In this document: in pieces, positions 7,467 through 13,340 of the stretch
How the letters are laid out: each line of letters opens with the position of its first letter
Position numbering within the stretch: position 1 is the stretch's first letter
Assembly: GCA_964522265.1 (NCBI GenBank)
Contig: CAZFVS010000016.1
Location: 1 to 14,161, forward strand
Length of the DNA: 14,161 nt
Direction: 5' to 3'
Source of the DNA: an uncultured Gammaproteobacteria bacterium
Lineage (GTDB): Bacteria; Patescibacteriota; Microgenomatia; Daviesbacterales; UBA10151
Program-made: the position numbers and the translations under genes
The notes under the pieces: model-generated
Told to the model about the DNA's origin: nothing
The model's database searches: none
What the model saw: only the letters and a program-made list of their open reading frames with translations

Positions 7467-9788
7467 TCACTTGTGGATGATAATGGACCCTCCGCCAAGC
7501 TCTTGCGGGTTGGCTGAGTCAAGATCATCTGAGACGCCTAAGGCATTATCATAACCAACTTGGCTGTCTTTGGTAATTTTAATCCTGAACTTATCCGGAT
7601 TATCTTTTGTCTCACCATCGGTTGCGGTTAAAAGAAAGTTATAACCTGAAACCTCGTTTACTGAACCTGAGCCTTTATATTGCGCCTTGCTTCCTGCAAC
7701 CACCAGCCACTGATAGGTATCACTGTGGAAGTTAAAACCGGCAACCTTAAATTGGAACTCAGTCTGCCCTGTTGGAACATCTGCCCCTTTTTGGTATTTG
7801 GAGACAAAACCAAAATTGGCAACACCGGCAAGGCCCGGATCAGCAGTATATGCGCCTGCAGGTGAGTTAAGCCATCCTCCGCCTGTGACAAACCCACCAT
7901 CAGGATCATAAACTACTACCATCACACTTTCAGTATCAGCTGCTCCCTGGCTGTCTGTTAAAACAGTATTGATAGTATAAACCCCGGCACCACTGAAGTT
8001 ATGGCTTGCACCGCAAGTCCCGGAGCCGGCTGACTCAACCACGCTGCCCTGGCTGTTGCTGCCATCATCCCAATAAGTAATACATGTGTGGATACCGCTG
8101 TCATTCGGGTCAGTAAAGGAGGCCTGAAGATTGACAGCATTACCCAAAGCATAAAGTTGTCCTCCGGCAGGTGAAGTGATGGCAAGCTCGGGAGGGGAAT
8201 TTGTTTGCAGGGCTAAATTCCAGCTGCTGGCAGTTGAGGTCAATACTGTTATCTGAGCATCCCCGCCGGCAAGAAGCACCCTGGAAGACACACATGGATC
8301 AGGAGATGCCACACCCGGGCTGCCTAAACAAGGCGGAACCGGCACAGTATTTTTTAATATTTGTATGGTATTGACATCAGCCCCGGCTACTACAGTAGAA
8401 TCTAAAACGAACACCAGCTGCAACGGGTTTTCTGCTGTTGCGGCAGGGGCAGTAATATTTACCTGCGAGCCAAGAAAACTATAACCTGAAGGGGGCTGCA
8501 AACTGGGTGTTGTTTCACTGATAGAAACTTCTCCACCGGTGGGGCTGGTGATGGTTGTTTCAACAGGATCAACAGCTGTGGCCCCATCTGACTCTGAATC
8601 AGAGGTTAAACTGCCTCCTGCTGAAACGGTTTGAATAACATTTTCTAAAGTTGAGGTATTAAATCTGGTAACCAGGAAGTTTGGTCTTAAGGTCCCTATG
8701 TCAGTAAAAATACCAACCCCTACCAGCTGACCATCGCTTTGGAAGCTTAAATCCTTAAGTTGTACAGAATCAGCCCCAAAAGGCTGGATGATTTTTCCTG
8801 CTGAACCAAAATTTGTGTCCAAACTGCCATCTGTATTGTACCTGGCCAATCCTAAGTTAAACACTCCGTTAACAGTTGCATCTCCTCCAACCATAATTTT
8901 CCCGTCGGATTGGAGTACTACAGCATTTGCGAAATCATCTTCTGAACGAAAATCAGTAGTTACCTTGCCCCCCGAGCCAAAAGTGGTATCTAAACTGCCG
9001 TCTGTGTTATAACGAGCTAGGGCAAAGTGGTTAATAAATGGCGTCCCGTTGGAAAAGTTTCCACCAACTACAATTTTCCCATCTGATTGGATTCCTACAG
9101 TATTGCCTTCATCATTAAAACCGGTAAAATCAGTGATTACTTTACCCCCGGAGCCAAAAGTGTTATCCAATGTACCGTCTGTGTTATAACGTGCTAAAGC
9201 AAAATCTGCCGAATCGTTAAAGTAATCCACCCTCGTCGTTCCGGCCACTACAATTTTACTGTCTGTTTGTAAGGTTACAGCATGCGCCACTTCAGTAAAA
9301 CCACCAAAATCAGTAGTTACCTTGCCCCCGGAGCCAAAAGTGTTGTCCAGGGTACCGTCTGTGTTATACCTGACAACGGCTAAATTATCATCTGCATTGC
9401 CTACTGCCACTATCCTGCCTGCAGGATCGATCTGTATAGCTATATCATAAAGCATATCGTAAGCCGAGGAAAAATCCGTAATGACTTTGCCTTCAGAACC
9501 AAAAGTAGTATCCAACGTACCGTCTGTGTTGTATCTAGACAGTCCGAAGGCGAATTGGGTGGATGGGGCGGCGCTTACAGAAACAAAACCCGCAGCTATA
9601 ATTTTTCCATCAGTTTGTATAGCAACAGCTATAGCATCATCGCCATTGGGATCAGAGCTAAAACTCGTTGTCACAAAACCGTTTGTCCCAAAGCTTAAAT
9701 CCAAGGTCCCGGGGGCTGCAAATACAGGTTTGGGGATAAAAAGGAGGCTTAAAAATATTACCAAAACAACTGGCAGTTTACTGGGCAT
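7467..9788 (-). CDS. Secreted repeat protein: signal peptide, 6-7 delta-60 repeats (beta-propeller-like), PKD-like domain and a conserved C-terminal beta-rich domain
   Basis: The N-terminus MPSKLPVVLVIFLSLLFIPKPVFA/AP looks like a Sec signal. The unit R(Y/F)NTDG(T/S)LD(T/N)TFGSGGKV recurs at residues 85, 140, 200, 259 and 316 (degenerate at 27 and 375) with a 55-60 aa period, matching the delta-60 repeat (TIGR02608) as I recall it. WDDGS...SHNFSGAGVYTINTVLTDSQG is PKD-like. The tail GGGWL...ANFGFVSKY...FRIKI...GGGSIIIHK resembles a domain often found after PKD or propeller modules. There is no C-terminal sorting tail. Confidence 0.8.
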   Translation of the reverse strand: MPSKLPVVLVIFLSLLFIPKPVFAAPGTLDLSFGTNGFVTTSFSSDPNGDDAIAVAIQTDGKIIAAGFVSVSAAPSTQFAFGLSRYNTDGTLDTTFGSEGKVITDFSSAYDMLYDIAIQIDPAGRIVAVGNADDNLAVVRYNTDGTLDNTFGSGGKVTTDFGGFTEVAHAVTLQTDSKIVVAGTTRVDYFNDSADFALARYNTDGTLDNTFGSGGKVITDFTGFNDEGNTVGIQSDGKIVVGGNFSNGTPFINHFALARYNTDGSLDTTFGSGGKVTTDFRSEDDFANAVVLQSDGKIMVGGDATVNGVFNLGLARYNTDGSLDTNFGSAGKIIQPFGADSVQLKDLSFQSDGQLVGVGIFTDIGTLRPNFLVTRFNTSTLENVIQTVSAGGSLTSDSESDGATAVDPVETTITSPTGGEVSISETTPSLQPPSGYSFLGSQVNITAPAATAENPLQLVFVLDSTVVAGADVNTIQILKNTVPVPPCLGSPGVASPDPCVSSRVLLAGGDAQITVLTSTASSWNLALQTNSPPELAITSPAGGQLYALGNAVNLQASFTDPNDSGIHTCITYWDDGSNSQGSVVESAGSGTCGASHNFSGAGVYTINTVLTDSQGAADTESVMVVVYDPDGGFVTGGGWLNSPAGAYTADPGLAGVANFGFVSKYQKGADVPTGQTEFQFKVAGFNFHSDTYQWLVVAGSKAQYKGSGSVNEVSGYNFLLTATDGETKDNPDKFRIKITKDSQVGYDNALGVSDDLDSANPQELGGGSIIIHK
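8778..9536 (-). repeat. DNA-level tandem repeats (~165-180 nt period) encoding the delta-60 blades
   Basis: Near-identical stretches recur around 8968, 9145 and 9323, for example CCCCCGGAGCCAAAAGTGTT(G/A)TCCA...GTACCGTCTGTGTTATA. Confidence 0.7.
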
Positions 9789-9798
9789 CTACATTATT

Positions 9799-9827
9799 AC
9801 TGTAAGCAACTCTTTGGTTTTTGTCAA
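9799..9827 (-). promoter_or_regulatory. Sigma70-like promoter candidate for the secreted repeat-protein gene, with a near-leaderless transcript
   Basis: The minus strand reads TTGACA (9827-9822), a 17-nt spacer, TACAGT (9804-9799), then 10 nt and the ATG (9788). The -35 is perfect and the -10 matches 4/6 with T1, A2 and T6 kept. There is no SD between the -10 and the ATG. Confidence 0.4.
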
Positions 9828-9839
9828 TACCTCGATTTG

Positions 9840-11735
9840 TTACTCTTCTTCCCCTAATCCATGCGATAATTTAGCCAGGATTCGGGACATCCCGGGATAG
9901 AATTTATCATAATTTAATATCATAAAAACCAGCACCAAAGATATCAAAACAGGTATAACCCTTTCCCAAGCCTGGATCCGGTACTCAAGGCTCAGGTGAA
10001 CCCGGCCGGCTGCAGCCGGTATCACTACAATATTGCCCAAACTATCACCAACCACCCTGCCGCCCGCGCCACCCTCAATTGCCCAACCAGGACTGAAAGA
10101 GATTGCCAAAGAAATTACTTCATCTTTTTTTAAATCAGCATTTATCTCAACCAACCTTGCAAAGTGAGAGCTTGTGAGGCTAAGAGGGGTTTTGAAGGTG
10201 TTGACATATTTTGTCAGTGTATCTTGATCTGCGCCGTTTTTGGGTTTTTTAACCTCAAGTATTGATTTATCAGCTACCCTGGCAATACTTGCCCCACTTA
10301 CCTTATATAGAGTATCCCCCTTCTCCTCCCTGATCTCCCTTATCCCCCCGATCTCCCCAATCCCCCCAAACTTCTCCAAGTGCTTAAAATCCCTGTAAGG
10401 CTCCTGCGACCCTTCCCCATGCACCAAAATCCAACTTGCACCCAGGGCTTTGAGCCAATTCAGCGCCAATTCACTACTTTCCCCTTCCCTGATTTGGAAT
10501 ACTCCATGCGCCCAAAACGGATGGATTGATGCCTGGTCAACTCCACCCCTGACTTGGGCAATATCAAGCTTGCTGTTTATCCAAAAAACGCTCGTGCCGG
10601 AAAGAAACACCCGCTCACTTTTGGGCACATTTTGCAGCATCTCAGTAACCCTTTTTTTGTATTCCCCATTCATCCCACCAACCCATCCTCTTAAAATCAG
10701 CGCCAACAATATTGTCATTCCCGCGAAAGCGGGAATCCAACCGCGAAGCGGGAACTTTAGTTCATTAGAGACAAAGGATGGATCCCGGATCGGTGTCCGG
10801 GATGACATCCACTGACCCAGCAAAATTGCCACCCCAAATTGAATCTCAATAAAAAACCCGATCCAATCCCTCACAAAATCAGGGTCTGATAAAAACCTGA
10901 ATAAAGTTAAAAGTAAAAAGGAAAAAGTAAAAAGAATGCCAAAAAAGAGCAATGGTTGGGGTTTTTTATGCCTCAGCTTAACCACCCAAACCGCTGCCAG
11001 GATAGGAACCAGGTTCAAAAGCAGCTGGAACAGGAATTTTCCCAAATTAACAAGCGGCATCCCTCCAAAGGAAGGGTTTTGCAAAAGAGTGAGCCAAAAC
11101 CCGGGCGTATACCAAACCGTAGCCAGGCTTAAGGCAAGCAATATAATAATGAAGGTTTTAAAAATTTGGTATTCTCCAATCCCCCGTACCACCCCCAAAC
11201 AGATAAACCCTACCACAAGCGGAAGCAGTATCGAAATATCTATAAGAGATAAAAATGCTATCAAAACACAAAGCAATAGGGCAAATTTTGTGTCTTTTTT
11301 TTGTAAAAACTGTAAAAATACCACAAAAACCCAGGGTAAAAACCCCCAGGCAAAATGGTAAAGGCCATTGCTGCCGGATAATAAAAGAAAAAAGTAAAAA
11401 GGCAAGAGTAAAAATAAAAGAGAGACAATAAATGGTAACGAAGTTACGAGAGGTGATGCGGTAGGACCCCGAGCAACATACATTAATCCCCTTACCAGCT
11501 TATACACCCCCATCCCTCCAACCACCCATGAGATAGTAACCAGAATTAAATATTTTTGTAACATTGAAAATTCATTGAAAATTGGTAATTGAAAATTGAA
11601 AATTCCCAGCAAAGCTGGGATCACCGGCCCTATTAAATAATGGAAGGGTACTCCTAAATACCAGTCAGGATACCAGGAAATATCGGGAAAGTTATTTATA
11701 AAAAACTGGGAGAGAGCCAAGACAGTTTGTATCAT
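9840..11735 (-). CDS. Large polytopic membrane protein with an extracytoplasmic C-terminal domain and terminal anchor; possibly a GT-C-like (PTPS-related / YfhO-like) glycosyltransferase
   Basis: 631 aa. The N-terminal ~345 aa are almost entirely hydrophobic helices. SWYPDWYLGVPFHYLIGP near the N-terminus resembles the W-P-x-WY-x-G-x-PF motif I associate with COG5617-type 'PTPS-related' membrane proteins. A ~270-aa soluble region follows, then a final helix VIPVLISLVLVFMILNY. It carries three separate in-frame repeat inserts, listed below. Confidence 0.5.
   Translation of the reverse strand: MIQTVLALSQFFINNFPDISWYPDWYLGVPFHYLIGPVIPALLGIFNFQLPIFNEFSMLQKYLILVTISWVVGGMGVYKLVRGLMYVARGPTASPLVTSLPFIVSLLFLLLPFYFFLLLSGSNGLYHFAWGFLPWVFVVFLQFLQKKDTKFALLLCVLIAFLSLIDISILLPLVVGFICLGVVRGIGEYQIFKTFIIILLALSLATVWYTPGFWLTLLQNPSFGGMPLVNLGKFLFQLLLNLVPILAAVWVVKLRHKKPQPLLFFGILFTFSFLLLTLFRFLSDPDFVRDWIGFFIEIQFGVAILLGQWMSSRTPIRDPSFVSNELKFPLRGWIPAFAGMTILLALILRGWVGGMNGEYKKRVTEMLQNVPKSERVFLSGTSVFWINSKLDIAQVRGGVDQASIHPFWAHGVFQIREGESSELALNWLKALGASWILVHGEGSQEPYRDFKHLEKFGGIGEIGGIREIREEKGDTLYKVSGASIARVADKSILEVKKPKNGADQDTLTKYVNTFKTPLSLTSSHFARLVEINADLKKDEVISLAISFSPGWAIEGGAGGRVVGDSLGNIVVIPAAAGRVHLSLEYRIQAWERVIPVLISLVLVFMILNYDKFYPGMSRILAKLSHGLGEEE
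10332..10367. repeat. 18-nt tandem duplication inside the membrane-protein gene
   Basis: GATCTCCCTTATCCCCCC (10332-10349) and GATCTCCCCAATCCCCCC (10350-10367) are 16/18 identical. They encode the low-complexity GGIGEIGGIREI. Confidence 0.8.
10714..10806. repeat. 93-nt MITE/REP-like palindromic element inserted in frame ('IPAFAGMT' element)
   Basis: The ends are an imperfect terminal inverted repeat: GTCATTCCCG (10714-10723) against CCGGGATGAC (10797-10806). There are two internal 8-bp hairpins: ATTCCCGC-GAAA-GCGGGAAT (10717-10736) and ATCCCGGA-TCGGTG-TCCGGGAT (10782-10803). A partial extra copy CCGC-GAA-GCGG lies at 10741-10751. The element is 31 codons long and encodes SSRTPIRDPSFVSNELKFPLRGWIPAFAGMT. 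The opposite strand reads VIPAKAGIQ. I recognise both peptides as recurrent translations of a widespread bacterial repeat. Confidence 0.65.
11562..11604. repeat. TGAAAAT-rich repeat, coding copy (in frame in the N-terminal part of the membrane-protein gene)
   Basis: CATTGAAAATTCATTGAAAATTG (11562-11584) matches 13298-13320 at 22/23 positions. The 43-nt block encodes GIFNFQLPIFNEFSM. Confidence 0.7.
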
Positions 11736-11762
11736 GTATTACGTAGCATGTATTATGTTTAG

Positions 11763-11777
11763 CATAATACTTAATAC
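11763..11777. repeat. Direct repeat flanking four-helix-bundle cassette 1 (downstream copy)
   Basis: CATAATACTTAATAC, which contains the stop codon of the four-helix-bundle gene. Its partner at 12171-12192 is identical apart from a 7-nt internal duplication. Confidence 0.6.
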
Positions 11778-12166
11778 TTATTTCTAACGCTTTTGACCAG
11801 ACCATTAATGAGCTTGCTAATAATCACTGTTTGTGAAGCTATTTCTTGAAAACGCTGTTTATTGATATATCCTAAATCTCTGGCTATTAAAAGTTGGTTT
11901 TGAACTTCAGTCAAGGACCCTAATGATATATAGTAAAATTGAACCTTTTCTTTATTTGAATTTCTAGAAAAACCTTCTGCTATATTACTGGTAACAGAAA
12001 CTACTGCTCTTCTGAGCTGACTACTAAGATCAAATCTTTCATATACTGGAAATAATTTAGTTTCATTATAAATTACCATAACTAATTTATGTCCTTCTTT
12101 CCACGCATTAAGATCTGTAAAAGATTTAATTGTTTGAGTTTTTTTAAGAGAAATTTGATTTTGCAT
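11771..12166 (-). CDS. Four-helix-bundle protein (TIGR02436 / PF05635, '23S rRNA intervening-sequence protein' family)
   Basis: 131 aa with FTDLNAWKEGHKL, LSSQLRRAVVSVTSNIAEGFSR, FYYISLGSLTEVQNQLLIARDLGYI. This is the classic family pattern F-x-DL-x-W / QLxRAxxSIxxNIAEG / GSxxE. Confidence 0.85.
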   Translation of the reverse strand: MQNQISLKKTQTIKSFTDLNAWKEGHKLVMVIYNETKLFPVYERFDLSSQLRRAVVSVTSNIAEGFSRNSNKEKVQFYYISLGSLTEVQNQLLIARDLGYINKQRFQEIASQTVIISKLINGLVKSVRNKY

Positions 12167-12816
12167 AATACATAATACTTGATACTTAATACAAAAGATA
12201 TAAAACTAGCGCTGATTATAGCAGGTTTTTTAGACCGTTTAGCAAATTTAACATCAAGCAATGGATTTTTCTCCTCCAAAATATACTTGTACGCTATCCA
12301 CCAGTAAACAAACAGCCATAAAATTGACAGCAGGTTGGAAAAATAGTCATGGAAGACAGTCCCTACCCCCCGTCCGGTAAAATAATAGATCATCACGACT
12401 ATCGCGAAACGGAAGATATTAATCAGGTACGTCCCCAACACCCCGACTAAAAACGCCTGGAATTTGCTGAATTTTGTGTAAGCCCCTGATAGACCAGTGA
12501 TTAAGGTGATAAAAAACAAAAGAAATGACTGCCAACCGATACAATTCCATGCTAAATATATCACCTCAAGCTTACCGCTTCTGATAAACTGGACGTATGA
12601 GGGGCCTGCTTCAGTTTGAAGACGAAATAGGTTTAAAACCGCTGCCAAAACCTTCATCTCATACGGCACCACAATATTTTGCAAAACCTTATAGCTGTCA
12701 AAGTGTAAAATTATGCGGGTTAGTACATCCTGGAAAGTGGTAATAAAGGGCAAAAATACCAGTACTGCCACAAGCAGTATAAAAAGGCTGGAAAAAGTCT
12801 CACGCTTTGTGTTCAT
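12082..12816 (-). CDS. Exosortase/archaeosortase-family membrane transpeptidase (PF09721-like); the last ~30-60 codons are probably a non-native read-through tail
   Basis: 244 aa. LNLFRLQTEAGPSYVQFIRSGKLEVIYLAWNCIGWQS fits the exosortase pattern (...G...g..i...g..l.V...CxG..s). The candidate catalytic residues are Cys92 (WNCIGWQS), Arg136 (INIFRF) and His156 (VFHDYF), set within 5-6 hydrophobic helices. The conserved part ends near residue ~180. The tail runs through the cassette flank and overlaps the next gene by 85 nt. Confidence 0.7.
   Translation of the reverse strand: MNTKRETFSSLFILLVAVLVFLPFITTFQDVLTRIILHFDSYKVLQNIVVPYEMKVLAAVLNLFRLQTEAGPSYVQFIRSGKLEVIYLAWNCIGWQSFLLFFITLITGLSGAYTKFSKFQAFLVGVLGTYLINIFRFAIVVMIYYFTGRGVGTVFHDYFSNLLSILWLFVYWWIAYKYILEEKNPLLDVKFAKRSKKPAIISASFISFVLSIKYYVLCKIKFLLKKLKQLNLLQILMRGKKDIN
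12171..12192. repeat. Direct repeat flanking four-helix-bundle cassette 1 (upstream copy)
   Basis: CATAATACTT-GATACTT-AATAC, 5 nt upstream of the cassette ATG (12166). It equals 11763-11777 plus an internal 7-nt duplication. Confidence 0.6.
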
Positions 12817-12824
12817 ACTACTTT

Positions 12825-12837
12825 AATTTTCAATTTT
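12825..12837. repeat. Inverted-repeat arm downstream of four-helix-bundle cassette 2
   Basis: AATTTTCAATTTT is the exact reverse complement of AAAATTGAAAATT at 13314-13326. Confidence 0.6.
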
Positions 12838-12880
12838 TAATTTACAATTTACAATCAATATTTAATGTATCAATTTACAT

Positions 12881-13300
12881 TTAAAATCTTGCTCCTCTTA
12901 ATGAAGATGTAATTTTTTGGAATATTAAAGTCAATTCTTGTGCTTCTTTCCATAATTTATCTATTTCCTCTTTATGCTCAGGGAAACATGTTACAAGCAT
13001 CCTAAGCCAGTGTTTAGTTTCTTGTGCTTCTTTTTTACATATGAAGATTTTATTTTGAAAATCCTTCCTGGAACTTGCTCCGTTTGCTTCCATATAATTC
13101 GCACCTACACTTGTCCCGGACCTAGTAAGCTGGTTAATAAGCGGCACAGAAATCACGTTTTGTTTCAAACCTTTACAAAACTTAATAACAGCCTCACCAA
13201 ATTTAGCTGTCCTCTCTTCCAAGTCATAACTTTTTGATGATTGCTCCATATTGTTCGATTTACTTTGCATTATACTGTTTAGTTTGAAAAATTGTATCAT
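12881..13300 (-). CDS. Four-helix-bundle protein (TIGR02436 / PF05635 family), second divergent subtype; start uncertain
   Basis: Motifs are LEERTAKFGEAVIKF, INQLTRSGTSVGANYMEANGASSRKDF, ICKKEAQETKHWLRML and EAQELTLIF, which is the QLxRSGTSIGAN / SRKDF / KExxET-x-WL subtype. The first ATG (13300) lies inside the flanking repeat. The ATGs at 13270 or 13249 would give a more typical length (129 or 122 aa). Confidence 0.85.
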   Translation of the reverse strand: MIQFFKLNSIMQSKSNNMEQSSKSYDLEERTAKFGEAVIKFCKGLKQNVISVPLINQLTRSGTSVGANYMEANGASSRKDFQNKIFICKKEAQETKHWLRMLVTCFPEHKEEIDKLWKEAQELTLIFQKITSSLRGARF

Positions 13301-13340
13301 TGAAAATTCACTGAAAATTGAAAATTGTTACTTGAAAATT
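13298..13340. repeat. TGAAAAT-rich repeat, intergenic copy between the Kelch-like gene stop and four-helix-bundle cassette 2
   Basis: CATTGAAAATTCACTGAAAATTGAAAATTGTTACTTGAAAATT. The first 23 nt match 11562-11584 at 22/23. It contains the inverted-repeat arm 13314-13326. Confidence 0.7.

Noticed and set aside
11750-11770. The hairpin GTATTATG-TTTAG-CATAATAC between four-helix-bundle gene 1 and the membrane-protein start, as a possible terminator.
   Set aside because: The 8-bp stem is 75% A:T (only two G:C pairs) with no following T-tract on the coding strand, and the next ATG lies 14 nt away. It is more likely a by-product of the CATAATAC-type flank repeats than a terminator.
12082-12166. 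The 85-nt overlap between the exosortase-family ORF and four-helix-bundle gene 1 as a functional overlapping-gene arrangement.
   Set aside because: The overlapping tail of the exosortase ORF is Lys/Leu/Ile-rich low-complexity sequence beyond the conserved domain. It is more simply explained as accidental read-through after cassette insertion.
12817-12880. A promoter for the exosortase-family gene (for example TTGTAA, 17 nt, GAAAAT on the minus strand).
   Set aside because: Both hexamers match only 4/6 in a region that is almost pure A+T, where such matches are expected by chance. I did not report it as a feature.
11771-13300. A diversity-generating retroelement, since the four-helix-bundle proteins belong to the same fold family as the DGR accessory protein Avd.
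   Set aside because: The window has no reverse transcriptase gene and I could not find a template/variable repeat pair. The nearby Kelch-like gene shows blade repeats but no adenine-specific mismatch pattern between two long repeats.
11771-13300. An rRNA intervening-sequence context, which is how this family is usually annotated.
   Set aside because: No 23S or 16S rRNA-like sequence flanks either gene. Both sit between protein-coding genes.
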